A stretch of DNA of 64,000 bases from Camelus ferus (Eukaryota): assembly GCF_009834535.1 (NCBI RefSeq), contig NC_045697.1, positions 39,372,001-39,436,000 of the forward strand, written 5' to 3'. The translations under genes were made by a program, and so were the position numbers. Below are positions 26,263-40,440 of the stretch, piece after piece; within the stretch, counting starts at the first letter, position 1, and every line of letters begins with the position of its first letter. Below the pieces are notes generated by a model. It was not told the origin of the DNA. It did no database searches and saw only the letters and a list, made by a program, of their open reading frames with translations.

Positions 26263-26480
26263 CACTTGACCCTTGAACAATACAGGGTTAAGGATGCCTA
26301 CCCCACACGTAGTTGAAAATCTGAGTATAAATCTACAGTTGGCCCTCCTATCCATTGGTCCTCATCAGTGGATTCAACGAACTGCAGATTGCCTTGTCTT
26401 GTAGTACATATTTATTGGGGAAAAAATCTGCATATAAGTGAATCTGCATTGTTCAAACCCATGTTGACCAAGGGTCTGCT
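26263..26480. mobile_element. Tigger2-derived MITE (MER8/Tigger2a-like)
   Basis: TIR-like 'cacttgacccttgaacaa' / 'tgttgaccaagggtctgct', TA-flanked. Confidence 0.85.
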
Positions 26481-28439
26481 ATAGTCTTTTGTGCATATCA
26501 GAGATCAAAATGTAAAACAGGAAAAGTGAAGGACAAAAAAGGTTGTCTTTTAAAAGGTTGGACTGCTACATTTAGTAATAGACTCCACTCCTTATAGTTC
26601 TGTGAGCAAATCTTATTAAGAAATTAAGTCTGACCAGCTTTTTATATCAAATATATTAAAAGATCATTATTTTATAAAAGGATGCTAATTAAAAATAAAT
26701 ATGAGGTAACATTGGTTTATACTTGATCCCAAACAAATACTGTTCTATTTTATGTCAGGAAAAATCTTTCTCTTTTCATTAATGTTAAAGACATGAGGTA
26801 ATCACATTAAAGGCTTATTATTCAAGCCTTTATGTAGATTAAAAATATTTTAAAATTATTGATGCTTTTGTTCATAAAACAGTTTTTGTCAGCCAGAAAT
26901 ATAAAAAGGCTAGCCTATAAAGATGTGTTCTTTATATATGATAGCTGGTCTGGATATCACCTGAGGTTTTGGGTCTTTCATTTCTCTATATCTGATAGCA
27001 GATGTAGTCTGAAAATACAAACTGAAATAAACCTGAGGCGGGGGGAGGGAGGAGAGGCTATTTTTGAAGTGAGGAAATTAATTAATAATACTATTACCAT
27101 TATTGGTAGATTTAGCATTTTTATATACGTAGTTTTAGAATAGATTGTCAATATGCAGAAAGGTTTTCATTAGTACAGGTCAATCTGAATATATAAAGCT
27201 GAAATAAAACTGGACACTTTAAGAAAAGTAACTCTAAGAACTACTTCTTTAAGTTTCAATCTAGAAAACAGCACTATCAGATCAGTGTGACTTTGAGTCC
27301 AGATATATTTTGAGAACAATTTACCCTGATGTTCAGAAAACTTTGGGAGCTGACTGCCATCATAATGGCCTATTTTTGATGAATCAGTAGCAAGTCCAAA
27401 ACATGCTTCTCTCCAGTTCCTCCCCTTGTTGCCCCTAACATTGTGTCTATTCCAAGAACTATGAACTTAATTTCAGAGGCAGTTGAAGCTATTTAAGTGT
27501 TGGCTGTTGTGATCATATTCTGTTAAGTGTTTGAGTTTAACAAACAGAGAATCCCCCCGATTCAGAATACAGCAGTGATTTTTAAAAAATCGCAAAATCC
27601 TGTCCTGCCACTGTATGACCTGAAGAAAGTATTCAGTCCCTTTAAGCCCTAGTTTACTCATCAGTAAAATTAGGATAATAACAATATTTATTTTACTGAA
27701 TTATTGAGAGGATTAAATGAGGTAAAGAAACTGAATCAATCCAAGCATAAAGTACTTATACAACATATTATCTCATTTTTAATGTTATTTTATTTCAAAT
27801 TATATCAATAAAAATTCAAAGTATGATTCATTTGCATTATTAGGCATGCACTGGAAAATCAAAACAGCCCTTGCTCAAAGTCTTTCCACAATTTCAATCT
27901 GATTCTTAACTCTGATGTTGAGTCCGCAGAGTAGAAAGAGGCCATGGTTCCAATTCAGGTGGTATCACTTTTTAGCAATTGTCCTTAGCTGGCACCTATC
28001 AACTCACCATCTCTATGTCAAGACTGTTTAATCTTGCTTATATATTTGGCTTAGATTCTCTTATGCCAAACTGTCTTTTAAAGAGGGGTTTGAGAATCTG
28101 TAGCAGGGTTACATTTTATCATCTTGTACACATTTTATTTATGCAAAGACTTAGAAGTTAAAGAAAAGTACTAGCATTAAAAAAATAGTATGGACAATTC
28201 CACTTGCCATGCCTATGTATGAAATTATGTTCTAAGAGGCATATAAATTGGGAGATGGGAGTCTACACTACTCTTGTGCCTAAGGTCCCATCTGCCTCTC
28301 ACAGCAGAAGCATCTCACTAGGCTGACTGGGATTCTAATATTTAAACACACTTTTCTTTCCATACTATACAAGTTCAAGATTAATTTTTTCTAAATGCAG
28401 CTTTCATCCTATGAGCTGATATTAGAATCTGGCATGTAC

Positions 28440-29000
28440 TTCAAGTTTAAAAATAGTGATTGATCACACGTGTTTATCCTCTCCCAATCTTTCAAATCTT
28501 CCAGAAATGACAGGGAAAAAAAATTTTTTTTTAAGTATTAACTCTCAAGGACAAAAAGAATGGTAGGGGAAAGCACCAAAAACAGTATATTTCAACAAAT
28601 TCTTAGAAGACAGAAAGTAGATGGAGGAGCAGTAACAAATGTAGCAGAGTAGAAGAAGTGACAACCTGAAAATCTGCAGAAGGGATTGCCCAAGATGGAA
28701 AGTGAGTGCATCCACCTTGCACAAGTGGAAGCAGCGACTACTTCAGAAGGGTGTGAAGTCAGGATCTGAAAGTGGAAGTCCGACTGAAAGCATCGAAAAT
28801 GCTTAGCTGGCCAGAGCCCCTCTCCTACCCAAGCAAGGCAGCAGCTCCCCTAGTTCCTCCCAGCAACTCCTATCCCTTCCTCTCCCTTCCAACATTTATT
28901 CTCTGGAGAAGATTAGTGGAGAAGCTCCAGGCTTAAGGACACCATGGAGAGCTGGAGTGAGATGACAGACTTCAAGCATGGGCGCTGAATGAAAATGGAC
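28440..29000 (+). mobile_element. Old L1/HAL1 5' region
   Basis: 'gatcacacgtgtttatcctctccc...gaaatgacag...ctcaaggacaaaaagaatgg' resembles HAL1/L1ME 5' ends. Confidence 0.5.
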
Positions 29001-29179
29001 ATGCTGAACTGTGGGGACCTCAGGACCGTTGTTTTTTTTTTTCCTTCCATATTTTCCAGGATTTCTTTGGTAATGATAAAAATGAGTCTATGAAAAGAAC
29101 TTGATCCCAATGAAAGATGCAAAGTGACTATGTAGTATAGCACTCAGATGGAAAATTACACCAAATCATCCTTGCTAAT

Positions 29180-29410
29180 GAAAAATATCACCCTTTATTG
29201 AGGGGTTACATTGCGCCAGGCATAGTGCTAAGCACTTTACCTATATTATTGCATTTAATTCTTCTAAGCAGTTGTTATCATTCCTGTTTTTGTAGATAAG
29301 TCAACTAGAGAGATAACATGACTTGCCAAACATCAGTTAGTCAGTGACAGAGCAAAGTTTCAAGCAGACTGAGTCCAAAGAGGATACTCTTAAATTCTCA
29401 CTTTACTCTC
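29180..29410 (-). mobile_element. MIR SINE
   Basis: 'tttattgagg...gccaggcatagtgctaagcactttac...catttaattct'. Confidence 0.8.
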
Positions 29411-30160
29411 TCCTAGACCTGATCTTGAGTGTCAATTATAGCAGTTGGGATTTTTGTCATGTTTAATACCCAAATTTTGACTTGTTTTTCCTTCCCTAAA
29501 TCTGTGAACTCTAGTCCTGTAATGCCCTTGTATATAAATTTTGTCTTAATAACCTTGTAAAATTTCATAATCCCTGTAGGACTAGAATCTAGCCTTTTAA
29601 CTCTGCGGCCCAGCTAGAGTCTGTCAGAGACCCCATAAATCACATAAAATGAGAGGAAACAGACAGGAAGTGGCTTTTAGGATGGGCTTCTGTGTTGGCA
29701 AGAACTGGACTCAGCTACTTTGAACTGCAAAGTGGGAGCAAAACATTTCTGCTTCAACACGAAGTACAACACCCAGAGGATCAAGAAATGAAACGAGATT
29801 AAGTTGAAGCATGTCAGAAATAGCCTAGAGTACTCATTTTTCATCTTTTTACCCTAGAGGAATTCTGGAAATAATTTTCAAGTCCCAATGAATTCCTACA
29901 TAAATATTCTTGTATCTACAAATCACAGAATGTTAATGTGATCACTAAGTTATAGATATTATAATCCAATAACAATTGTCAATAATTGTCACAGAAGAAA
30001 ATGATTTTTTTCTGTGAATACTGCAGATAATTTATTAGCCTAAGTATGTATCTCTCTCCCCACAAAGACCCCAACTCTAACATGAGTTGGTAGTGTAGGC
30101 AGAGAAAATTTAGCTCTCCTTTTTATGTTTATTTCCTACTTGATTTTTTAACTGTATCCG

Positions 30161-30606
30161 GTGTGTTAGTCCAAGTCCTCCAAGACACCAAGACAGGATT
30201 AAACATGCAAGGATTTTATTAGGGAAACGCCTTTGAAAGAAAGAGACTGGGAAGGCTGGGAAGCCTGGGAAGACTGGGAAAGCCACCAGACGGTGAAGCA
30301 CATATGACTCCACGTGAAGCAGAGAGGAAGGGAGGTGAGGTGGGCATGTTCTATGTCGTGGTGAAATCTGAGGAAGGGTCAGCAGTTCTGTCAGGGAGTC
30401 TTGGAACCAAAAAGAGACTGCCGACCTCCAGGTACAGGCCTGCTCCCACACTCCTGCCGCCCTCAGTCACCGGCTGGGAGCGGTTCATGGCAGGTGCAGC
30501 CTCAGCCCCAGCACAGCCTGGGGTTCAGAGCACAGCAGCGGGGCCCGTGATCGGGTTCGTCCTGGCAGCTGGAGGTCTGCAGCGCTCGCGCTCACGGCCA
30601 CCACAC
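30161..30606 (-). mobile_element. ERVL solo LTR (LTR16-like)
   Basis: TG...CA ends ('tgtgttagtc' / 'ggccaccaca'), reversed polyA signal 'ttttattagggaaacgcc', and 'caccaagacaggatta'. Confidence 0.75.
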
Positions 30607-30807
30607 ATATACGGGCCCAAAGCGTTATCCTAAATGTCTACTCTATCAGTAGCTAATGAGGGAATCTCTGTGGGTTTTTTCCCCTTACTTACAACTAAAA
30701 TGACTGCTTACCCAAACTTTCTTGAAAAAGAAGTTAGGTTTACCTTGAAATTAACACCTTACTTTCCTTTTCATAAATTAGCTTAAAAAAAACACCCCAA
30801 ACATATC

Positions 30808-31300
30808 CAGTGGAATACTACTCTGCCATAAAAAAGAATAAAATAAGGCCATTTGCAACAACATGGATGGACCTGGAGATCGTCATTCTAAGTGAAGTAA
30901 GCCAGAAAGAGAAAGAAAAATACTGTATGATATCACTTATGTGTGGAATCTAAAAAAAAAAAACACAAATTTATTCACAAAACAGAAACAGACTCAGAGA
31001 CATAGAAGACAAACTTATGGTTGCCCAGGAGGGAAAGTGGGTGGGAAGGGATAAATTGGGAGTCCAAGATTTTCGGATACTAACTACTATATATAAAATA
31101 GATAAGCAACAAGTTCATACTGTATAGAGCTGGGAACTATATTCAATATCTTATAGTAACCTATAATGAAAAAAGAATATGAAAAGAAATATACATATGT
31201 ATATGTCTGACTGAAACATTATAATGTACATCAGAAACTGACACAACATTGTAAGCTAACTATACTTAAACTAAAAAAATTTTTTAATAAAAAATAAAGT
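30808..31300 (+). mobile_element. Young L1 3' end (camelid-type)
   Basis: Low divergence: 'gccatttgcaacaacatggatggacctggagatcgtcattctaagtgaagtaagccagaaagag' through 'gacacaacattgtaa' plus an A tail. Confidence 0.92.
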
Positions 31301-31659
31301 TTAAAACATAAAGCAAACATAATAAATTTCTCTTAAATAGCAATTTATGTCAAAAAATTCACTTTCTCTAAAGGTAGGCTTGGTTAATTCAATTTAAATA
31401 AAAGTTATAAATTGATTTAGTTAATGTTATTTACAACATGAAAATTAGTGACAATACAATCATTATAGCTACTAAACCATAAGCCAACAGAATATGAATA
31501 AAAGTATACCTTAAGATAATTTTTTATACAAAGCTTTGAAAAATCATTTTCTTCCTAACATTATCAGGCCTATAGGCCCAAACAGTTTTGGAATTACTAT
31601 ACCTAGATGTTGACTTTTAAAAATCTCTTTTATATGCCTCTTTATGCATAAAAATTGCT

Positions 31660-32645
31660 ATTTTTGAAACTCAAAAATGAATTGAAACATGCTTGTTTTT
31701 CTAATGCACAGTTACTCAATTTTGGATCAAACTTGAGATGGACACACATGGATTTCATTTTCAACTAAAATGAGCTGATTTTCATCCTTGCTCATGATGA
31801 TTGTTAGCAAGTCAAAGCTTGCTCACATATGTAACGAGTAGAAAACTGCAACGAAATGTTCGCTGCTTTCCTCTGAATGGCAGGTACTCTCTCCTCCCAG
31901 AAATCCAGATCTGGTCTGGGGGCAGATCAGTAAGCCCCATCTCGACTGCACGATCACACTGCCGCCCACAAAGCTCTTGTTCTTCTCTCAAAGTCAAGTT
32001 CTCAGGCTGAGCAGAAGGTTCAGAGAAAGGATCTCTCACCCTTGTGTTGAAAGAAAGAGAAAATACTGTTACATTTTGTTCTGTGGTTCTTCGAGGTGGT
32101 TTCAGCAAAGCTTAAGTCTTGCTAATAACCTTCTTTAGTCTCAAGCCCAAGCAGCAGTGACAAAATTTCAAGGTTTCCTGTTGCAGTATAATTTTCTCAA
32201 AGATTCAGATTCTTATACATCAAAGAATCCTGTCAATTGAAGTCAAACTACTTCCTCCAGGTTCTGGTGGATACTTTTTCAACTAGTTCACGTGATGAAA
32301 AATGCCTGCTAAGTAGCTAGTTGCTGTCGCTAGTAGCCTTCTTCAAAACACCTGACAAAATCTGGCCTACTGCTCCTTGAAATCCTCCTGTAATTCACCT
32401 GTTAGCTAAAACACATTGCAAACTCTTCCTCTGTGTAGCCGCAAGATTATTATATATAACAGGAGGTTTATGTGACTCTCATCCAAATGATAACACAATT
32501 TTAAAACATCCTGGAGTGAGCTGATCTTTATTTAATAAAGTTAACCATTTTGTATCATCATTTAGAAACTTTTTCATTTCATTTATAAGGGTTTTTGACA
32601 TTAGTATCTCTCTCTGATGAAAGCAGTATGTTGTAATAACTTTAG
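31660..32645 (-). mobile_element. hAT-Charlie (Buster-type) transposase fossil, C-terminal half, with many stops and frameshifts
   Basis: Minus-strand frames give TTYCFHQREILMSKTL (CxxH region), HINLLL...HRGRV (RW-motif region), YLAGIFHH, VRDPFSEPSAQPENLTLREEQELC, LQFSTRYICEQA (hATC motif) and VENEIHVC, in canonical order. Confidence 0.88.
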
Positions 32646-32649
32646 ATCC

Positions 32650-35600
32650 AAGAAACTCACCAAATCCAAGCCCAAGAAACATGAACAAAATTATATCAAG
32701 GCGTATTTTCATCAAACTTCCCCAAACCAGTGATAAAGAAAAGATCCTAGCAACCAGACAAAAAAGCTTGTTATGTACAGAGGAACAAAGGTACGGATGG
32801 CATTAGATTTCTCATCAGAAACAATACAGGTGAGAAGAGGGTAGAGTAAAATCTTTAAAGTAGTGAAAGAAAAAGCTGTCAACCTCAAGTACTATAGCTC
32901 CCAAAACATCTTTTAAAAATGAAGACAAAATACTTTTCAGACACATAAAAGCCAAAGAATTTCATCAGGCCCACATTATAAGAAATGGTAAAGGAAGTTC
33001 TTTGGACAGAAGGAAAACGATGGAAATATGAATCCACACAAATAAACAAAGAGTATTAGAAGTGGTTAGAAGTATAAGATTTTTTTCTTTTAATTTCAAT
33101 TTCTTACTGTTAAACCTGTATTTCTACAAAACGAATGACAAGTGGCATGTGGTTTAGAACATATGTGAAAGTAAAATGCATTACAACAATAAATGCAAAG
33201 GTAGAAAAGGGAGAAATGGAAGTAAATCATTGAAAAGTTCTATACGTGAGGTGGTATATTATTTGAAGATAGACTGCGATAAATTAAAAAATATATATAT
33301 ATACACCCTTTTAAAGCAACAACTAAAAAAAAAGAGTAAGAGCTAATAAGCAACCAATGAGCTAAAATAGAATCAGAAAACCTCTAACCCAAAAAATGTC
33401 AGGAAAAGCAGAAAAGGTAAATAAAAAACAGGCTGCCTCCTGTTAGAGAACAAATAATAAGATTATACATTTAAACTTAACCATCTTAATAAATACATTA
33501 AATGGAAATGATCCAGATATCCCAATTAAAAAAACAGAGATAGACTGGTTTAAAAAATAAGACCCAATTATATGCTACATAGAAGAAACCCACTCCAAAT
33601 ACAAAGACACACATAGGTTAAAAGCAAAAGTTTGTAAAAAGACATACGCTGCTAATGCTAATCAAAAGAAAGTTGGAGTGGTTATATTAATATCAGAGAA
33701 CATATTTGGGAGCAGAGAATAATACCAGGGATAAAAAATTCATTTCCTATGAATAATGGGATTTATTAAAATGACATAAGAATCTAAACATTTATGTACC
33801 TAAGTACAGAACTTTAATACACATGAAGCAAAAACTGACAGAACTAAAAAGATAAATCAACAAATCCAAAATTATTGTGGGAGGTTTCAGTATGTCTATT
33901 TCAATTATTGATAAGACAAGTAGAGAGAAAAAATAAATTTCAATAAAGTTATAGAAAATGTGAACAATACTATCAAACAACATAACTGATATTTATAAAA
34001 CACTCTACCCTACCACAGAATATACATTATTTTGTAGTACACACAGAACATTTACCAAGATAGACCATATTCTGTGCCAGAAAGCAAGTCTGAATAAGGT
34101 TAAGCTGAGTTAATTTATACGATGTAATTTTTTTTGAACAAAATAGAATTAAATCAGAAGTCAATAACAAAGATCTCTGCAAAATCACTAAATATTTGGA
34201 AACTAAGTAATACACTCCTAAATAACTCATGGATCAAGGGAAAAATCAAAAATGAAACTAGAAAGTATTTTAAATGGAATGAAAATCGAAAATATCAAAA
34301 TCTCTGGGATGCCACTAAAGTGGTGCCCACAGGGAAGCATGTGCGGTGCTAAATGCTTATATTAGAAAAAAAGCTCTCAAATCAATAACCTTAGCTTCCA
34401 CATTAAGAAAATAGAAAAATAAGAGCAAATTAAGCCCCTAGAAACTAGAAAAAAGAAAATAAAGATCAAAGTGGAAATCAATGAAGTAGAAAATAGAAAA
34501 ACAACAGAAAACAAATCAGTAAGACTAAAAGCTATTTCCTTCAGAAGATCAATAAAATCTAAAATCTCTAACCAGAAGGATAAGGATAAAAAGAAAGAAA
34601 GAAAACACAAATTGGCAGTATCAGGAATGGGAGGAGTGACATAGAGATTTTACAGATATTAAAAGGAAAATGAGAGAATAATATTAACAACTTGAAGCCA
34701 GTAAATTTAATACATTAGATACAACTCCTGGCAAGACATAAATTGCAAAATGCAGTCAAAAAGAAAACAGCCACATATCCATTTTGTAATTAAATTTCTA
34801 GTTAAAAACTTTCCTACAAAGAAAATCCCATGCCAAAATGGCTTCTTCAGTGAATCCTACAAAATGTTTTTAAAGGAAGTAAAACCAACTCTACACAAAC
34901 TCTTCCAGAAAATTGAAAAGTAGGGAATATTTTCCAACCCTTTCTATGAGGCCAGCATTGACCTGATATAAAAACCAGACAAAGACATTTGAAGAAAACA
35001 AAATTGTGGACTAATGTTCCTCATGAACACAGATGCAAAAATTCTAAGCAAAACCTTAACAAATCAAAGAGAACAATATACAAAAAGGATAATACATTAT
35101 GACCAAATGGGGTTGACCTCAAAAATGCTAGGTTGTTTTCATGTTTGAAATCCTTCGCTATAAATCACCATATACATAAATTGGAAAACAGAAGCCATAT
35201 GATAATCTCAAAAGACTCAGTAAAACCACTTGACAAAATCTAACATTCATTCCTGATTTAAAAAAAAAATTCTTAGCAATCTAGGAGAGAGAGGAAATTC
35301 CTCTAATCTGATAAAGGCTTCTTATAGAATCCTACAGCTAATATCATACCTTAATGGTAAAAGACAGATTGCTTTCCCTCTAAGCTCAGAAATAAGCCCA
35401 AAATGTCCATTCTCACCATTCCTATTCAACATTGTGCTGAAGGTTTTAGCCAGTGCAGTCAGGCAAGGAAAATAAATAAAAGGCGTCCAGATTGGAGAGG
35501 AAGAAGTAAAACTGTCTTTATTCACAAATGACATGGTTGTCTATGTGGAAAATCCAATAGAACTTACAAAAAAGCTAAGAGTACTAAAAAATGGCTTTAT

Positions 35601-36035
35601 CAAGGTTTGTAGAATACAAGATCAATATACAAAATCAATAGCCTAAAAAGTAAAATAGTTAAGAATAAATTGACAAAAGACATGAAAGACCAGGACACTG
35701 AAAAGTACAAACACTGCAGAGTAAAATTAGAGGACCTAAATTAATGGAGAGATATGCTATACTCATGGGTCAGAAGACTCAATATTGCTAAAGTGTCAGT
35801 TCTCCCCAGGATGATCTATAGAGCCAATGCAATCCAAATCAAAATCTCAGTAAGCTTTTGTTTAGAAGTTGGCAGACTGATTCTAAAATATATATGAAAA
35901 TACAAAGGACCTACAATAGCCAAATCAATTTTGAAAAATAAGAATAAATTTAGGGAACTAGCACTCCCTGATGCCAAGATTTATCATAAAGCTACAGTGT
36001 TGGTATCAAGATAGACAGATTAATGAAACAGAAAA
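32650..36035 (+). mobile_element. Large degraded L1 (ORF1 end, spacer, ORF2 endonuclease and RT)
   Basis: Endonuclease start near 33500 ('gacccaattatatgctacatagaagaaac'), 'gaccatattctg' (DH), and the RT YADD-equivalent 'ctgtctttattcacaaatgacatggttgtc' (LSLFTNDMVV) at ~35510. No intact ORF. Confidence 0.93.
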
Positions 36036-36059
36036 AAAAATTCAAGTTCTAAATTCTGT

Positions 36060-36581
36060 ACGCTCCTCTAATTGAACTGTGGATCTATATCCAGTCCCCC
36101 TGAATTTGGATGAGCATCTGACCTCCTCACCCTATAGAATGAAGGGGAATAACATTGTGCAACTTCTGAAGGTTGGTTGGAAAAGGTCATGAAGCATCCA
36201 CCTAGTTCTCCTGGGATTCTTGCTCTGGGATCTAGAGGAGGCCCGTAACCATGTAAGAAGTTCGACTGCTTGAGACTATCATGTCCTAACAGCCATACGT
36301 AGGTGATCCAGGTGAAAGTCCATCTGGGTCCACCCAGTCAATGGCCAGCATTAACTGTCAGCCAGAGGAGGAGCTATTTTGGATTCCAGCCCAAATGAGT
36401 CAGATTGTAACTACAACTCCAGCTGATTTCTGACTGTAAATACATGAAATACCTTATTTGAGAACTGCCTAGCTGAGCCTATCCTGAATTCTTGACACAA
36501 AAGAGTACTAAGCAAAATAAAATAATCATTTTAACCCATAAAATTTTAGGTAACTTATTATGAAGCAACAGTAACATGAAC
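36060..36581 (+). mobile_element. MaLR solo LTR (MLT1G/H-like)
   Basis: 'ccatgtaagaagttcgactgc', 'cctagctgagcc...gaattcttgacac', and terminus 'gcaacagtaacatgaaca'. Confidence 0.8.
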
Positions 36582-36888
36582 AGGGAGCTTTCAGTGAAAT
36601 AGGCATATGCCCACGAATTACCCTATGTTTAGCAATGTTCTCCTAGGGATAAACCTGCTCCTTTAGGCAATGCTTCCTCATAGTTTTTTTAGAATTTCAC
36701 TCTTAAATATAAATGGCTATCCAAAGATAATAAAACAAAATGAGAAAAACAAACCAGAAAAGAAGACCCCCCAAAATCAGACAATGTGCAGAATAAGAAG
36801 TAACTTAATTTATTAAAAAATCCTCAGAGAGATAAGGATCTGCACACTTTAAAAAAAAGAACAAATTTCTATGAAAAAATAATAGGCT

Positions 36889-37365
36889 ACATTAGTTTCC
36901 TATTGCTGCTATAACAAATTATCACACACTTAGTGGCTAAAAACACAAATGTATTATCTTATAGTTCTGGAGGTAAGAAGTCCAAAATCAGCCTGACTGG
37001 CCTAAAGTCAAGGCATCATCAGGGCTGAATCTTCCTGGACGCTCTGTGGGTAGAATCCATTTCTTTGCCTTTTTCACTTTCTGAAGGCCATTGCTTTCTT
37101 TGGCTCATGACCCCTTCCTTGCATCACCCCACATTCTTGCTTCTATCATACCTTCCCTAGTACTGACTCTGATCCCCCTACCTCTCCCTTTTAAGGACCC
37201 TTGTGATTATAGCATTGGGCCCATCCAGATAACCCAGAACAATTACCCCATCTCAAGAGCCTTAACTTACATCTGCAAGTCTTTACCATGTAAGGTAACA
37301 TATACACAGATGCAAGGAATTAGGATGTGGATGTCTTTAAACGTGGAGACAATACTGGAAACCAC
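36889..37365 (-). mobile_element. MaLR solo LTR (MLT1C/D-like)
   Basis: 'attagtttcctattgctgctataacaaattatcacacacttagtggc...atagttctggagg'. Confidence 0.88.
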
Positions 37366-39552
37366 CTAAAAAGTGTTGAATATAATTGTTGAACTGGGGC
37401 TAGGGACCCAGGGATAAGAAAGGGAGAGGATTGCTGTTATAAATCTTGTAGTACTTTTTGATGTTAAGGCCATATCCATGTTTTACTTTGCATAAATACA
37501 TGTTAATTAATTTACATGAATAAAAATTTTAAAATATTACATGTATATATCGCACAATGTTACCTATGATTTTATTTAAGAGGCTAAGTTTTTTTTCCTT
37601 AATTTTTACCTTCATTATTATCCAAGGTTTTATAATAAGCATGCAATCATTTTATAATGGAAAAAATTAACCATTTAAAAAATACATGATTTTTAACTTT
37701 TCAAAATGAATTCAGTTCATGATATAAATTAACAGTCATGTTCATATCTATCATATAAAAGGTATTTTAAAAACTGAGATAGCTACATATTACTAGAATA
37801 TGTATGTTTATGTTTCTTGAGAGAAGATTAAAAAAATAAAGTCACATAATCTTTCAAGCCAAGGATATGACTGACATTATCAGTTGTTAGCAGTAACTAT
37901 TGATATAAGACGAACAAGTATTTAGAAGTTAGAGTTTTGCAAGATTTGAAAGAAGAGACATTTTATTTATAACAAAAAGTAATTTATTTTTCCATAAATT
38001 AAAACAAATGAAAAACCCTTCCATGTATCCTTTTATCTCTTACGTTAAGTGTATATTTAAACAGTAACATGGATTTAAAAGGCCACCAGAGGATGAAGAA
38101 ATGATTTCACTTATTTGGATTCATTTACCTCAAAAACTTACTTTGTTGCAGTAGTACCAATCAGAAGCTCAACAATTTAGAGACTTTTTAAGAAATCTAT
38201 CTCAGATCAGAGTTTGCCGATTGTTATCCAGTAATGGCTTGCATACGTTTTACTCTGGGTCACAAAATGAAACTGCAAAGCCAGGACGGATTAGTGACTC
38301 TGTCAGAACAAACAGATTGAATGCCTGTGTGCAGAGTACTTACAGCACCTCTCTTGACTCAAAATGGATCAGATATTTTCCCAAGGAAGCTGGTCTCAGA
38401 AGCATATTTCAACCCCATTTTCACACAGAAGATTGCATAGTATTGACAACACTTATTTTATTAAGAGGAAAAATATTATGTGGAAAGCTTTTCATCCTTG
38501 GGTTTCAGCAAAGCAAAAGTAGAGTATATTGTATTGGATTTCTTTTTCATTACCGTAACATCAATATTTAATAGATGTTCACTTTATATAGAATAAGAGT
38601 CTAGTTATACAATAAAAATAAATAGTTATATAATAAAAATGGAAGAACTAAACTTGAGGTGCTCACAGTGTAAATGTAAAGATATGCTATTTATTAGAAG
38701 TTACAGATTTGACATAACTTTGCATGAGTTATAATTATTATGTTAAGGATACAAATACTAAAATTGATCAACTGTAATTATGTTCAGAATTTGCTGATAA
38801 ATTATAAAGGAGATCAGCAAGCTTTGCTTGTTAAGTAGGCCTTTTTTATTGAGTGATTTATTTAAGGTATATTTATGAAAAGAAGAAATATGATAATATT
38901 AATTATAACTAAACTGTTATGTACTCTCACTTTTCTGGAATCAGCTTTATATTTTGGCCTTGAATAGGAACAAATGAAATATAATACAAGATCTATCAAA
39001 TAAGAGAATAGTAATATTTTCACATTAAAAATTGAACTCAAGTTTGTTGATTTTTTTTTACTCCAATTAAAACTAAATATTTTTGTTAAAGACTTGGAAT
39101 ATTTACAGGATAATGTCTGCACACAGTTGTGGCTTCAAATGGATTGACATCACTGTCATTCTGTCACTTGGAGAGGATACTGCTGAGAAATAAAATTATT
39201 GCTAAGCAAGAAAGCAAAGTAATTATCTTTAGACTCTTAAGTCAAAGAAATAGCAGTGAAATGGACTTCTACTATTTATAAGAGAGGATGAAATTGAGAG
39301 AAATTCCAGGACTCCCATAAGGTCATGTAGCTAGTTGGGTTTGAAGCAGGTCCACAATATAGGTCTCCGAGGTTCCAGGCCAGAGTTGTTTCTCTTGCAG
39401 CATTCTTTGTGAGCATCAGTGCAGGAAGACCAGGTGCTACTGGCATTTTGAACATTTCCATTTTTATTTTGCAGGACTCACCCATTCTTTGCAAGACATT
39501 TAACACTTCTATTCCAAGCCCATTAAATGCCAGAAGCATCTGCACATTCCTT

Positions 39553-39609
39553 TTTTACCCCCAGCTTTACTGAGATACAATTGACAATAACACTGTATAA
39601 GTTTACAAT
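39553..39609 (-). mobile_element. ~57-bp L1 terminal fragment inside a MER20/MER5-type hAT MITE (~39420-39660)
   Basis: 'cagctttactgagatacaattgacaataac', flanked by TSD atctgcacattcctt (39538) / atctgcactttctt (39610). Confidence 0.7.
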
Positions 39610-40219
39610 ATCTGCACTTTCTTAAATGCCTTCTAGGAAAACAGTACTGCCCTGGTTAAGAAATAACACATGTATCAGAAGGTCATGTATTAGGAGGAAA
39701 TGATGAAGAACAAGAGTCCCAGATGTCTCATGAAATTCTTCTGCTTTCATTCCTTAATCCCCTAAGTCTGCGATGGCCGTTCTAGAAGCTAAGTGGAAGA
39801 GCTTCCTTCTGGTCTTTATATTCCCATTGCCAGTGTGTGTTCAGAAATGAACAACGAACACCACTGGGAAGATGTAACTAGAAGTGAGGCCTTTTTATTC
39901 CCTTTTATTTTTATTCTACCTGTGGATTTTTATACCATTGTGGATTTGTTGAGGAACACACATAACTATGAAATTATAAGTCATCTATTAAATATAAATA
40001 CACTTAGTGGTTCTGATAGACATCTTAAATGGAAGAGTTACAAAAAGTCACTTATATGTTAGATATCCAGTCTTATCCTTTAAGTTTTAATAGCCCTCAG
40101 TGAATAAGCTAAGTCCGATAACAAAATACTCCTTTGTAGTTATATAAGGGCATCATAAAGTCATAATCTCAGTTTGACAACACAAAATGTGAGAAATTAG
40201 TGTATGTGTGTGTGTGTAT

Positions 40220-40440
40220 TTATTTAACCAAACACATACTATTTACTGTGTGCCAGGCATGGTTCTAAGCACTGTACACATATTTAGTCAGTTAATCCTC
40301 ATAGCAATCCTGAGATAGATTCTGTTTTATCCTCATTTTCCAGATGAGGAAGCAGAGGTGCAGAGTAAGATCACACAGGCAGCATGTGGCCGAGTAAGAA
40401 TTCCAACCCAGGCAGGCAGAACCCGCAGTCATTTTCCTCA
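40220..40440 (-). mobile_element. MIR SINE
   Basis: 'tactgtgtgccaggcatggttctaagcac...ttaatcctcatagc...attttccagatgaggaagcagagg'. Confidence 0.88.
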
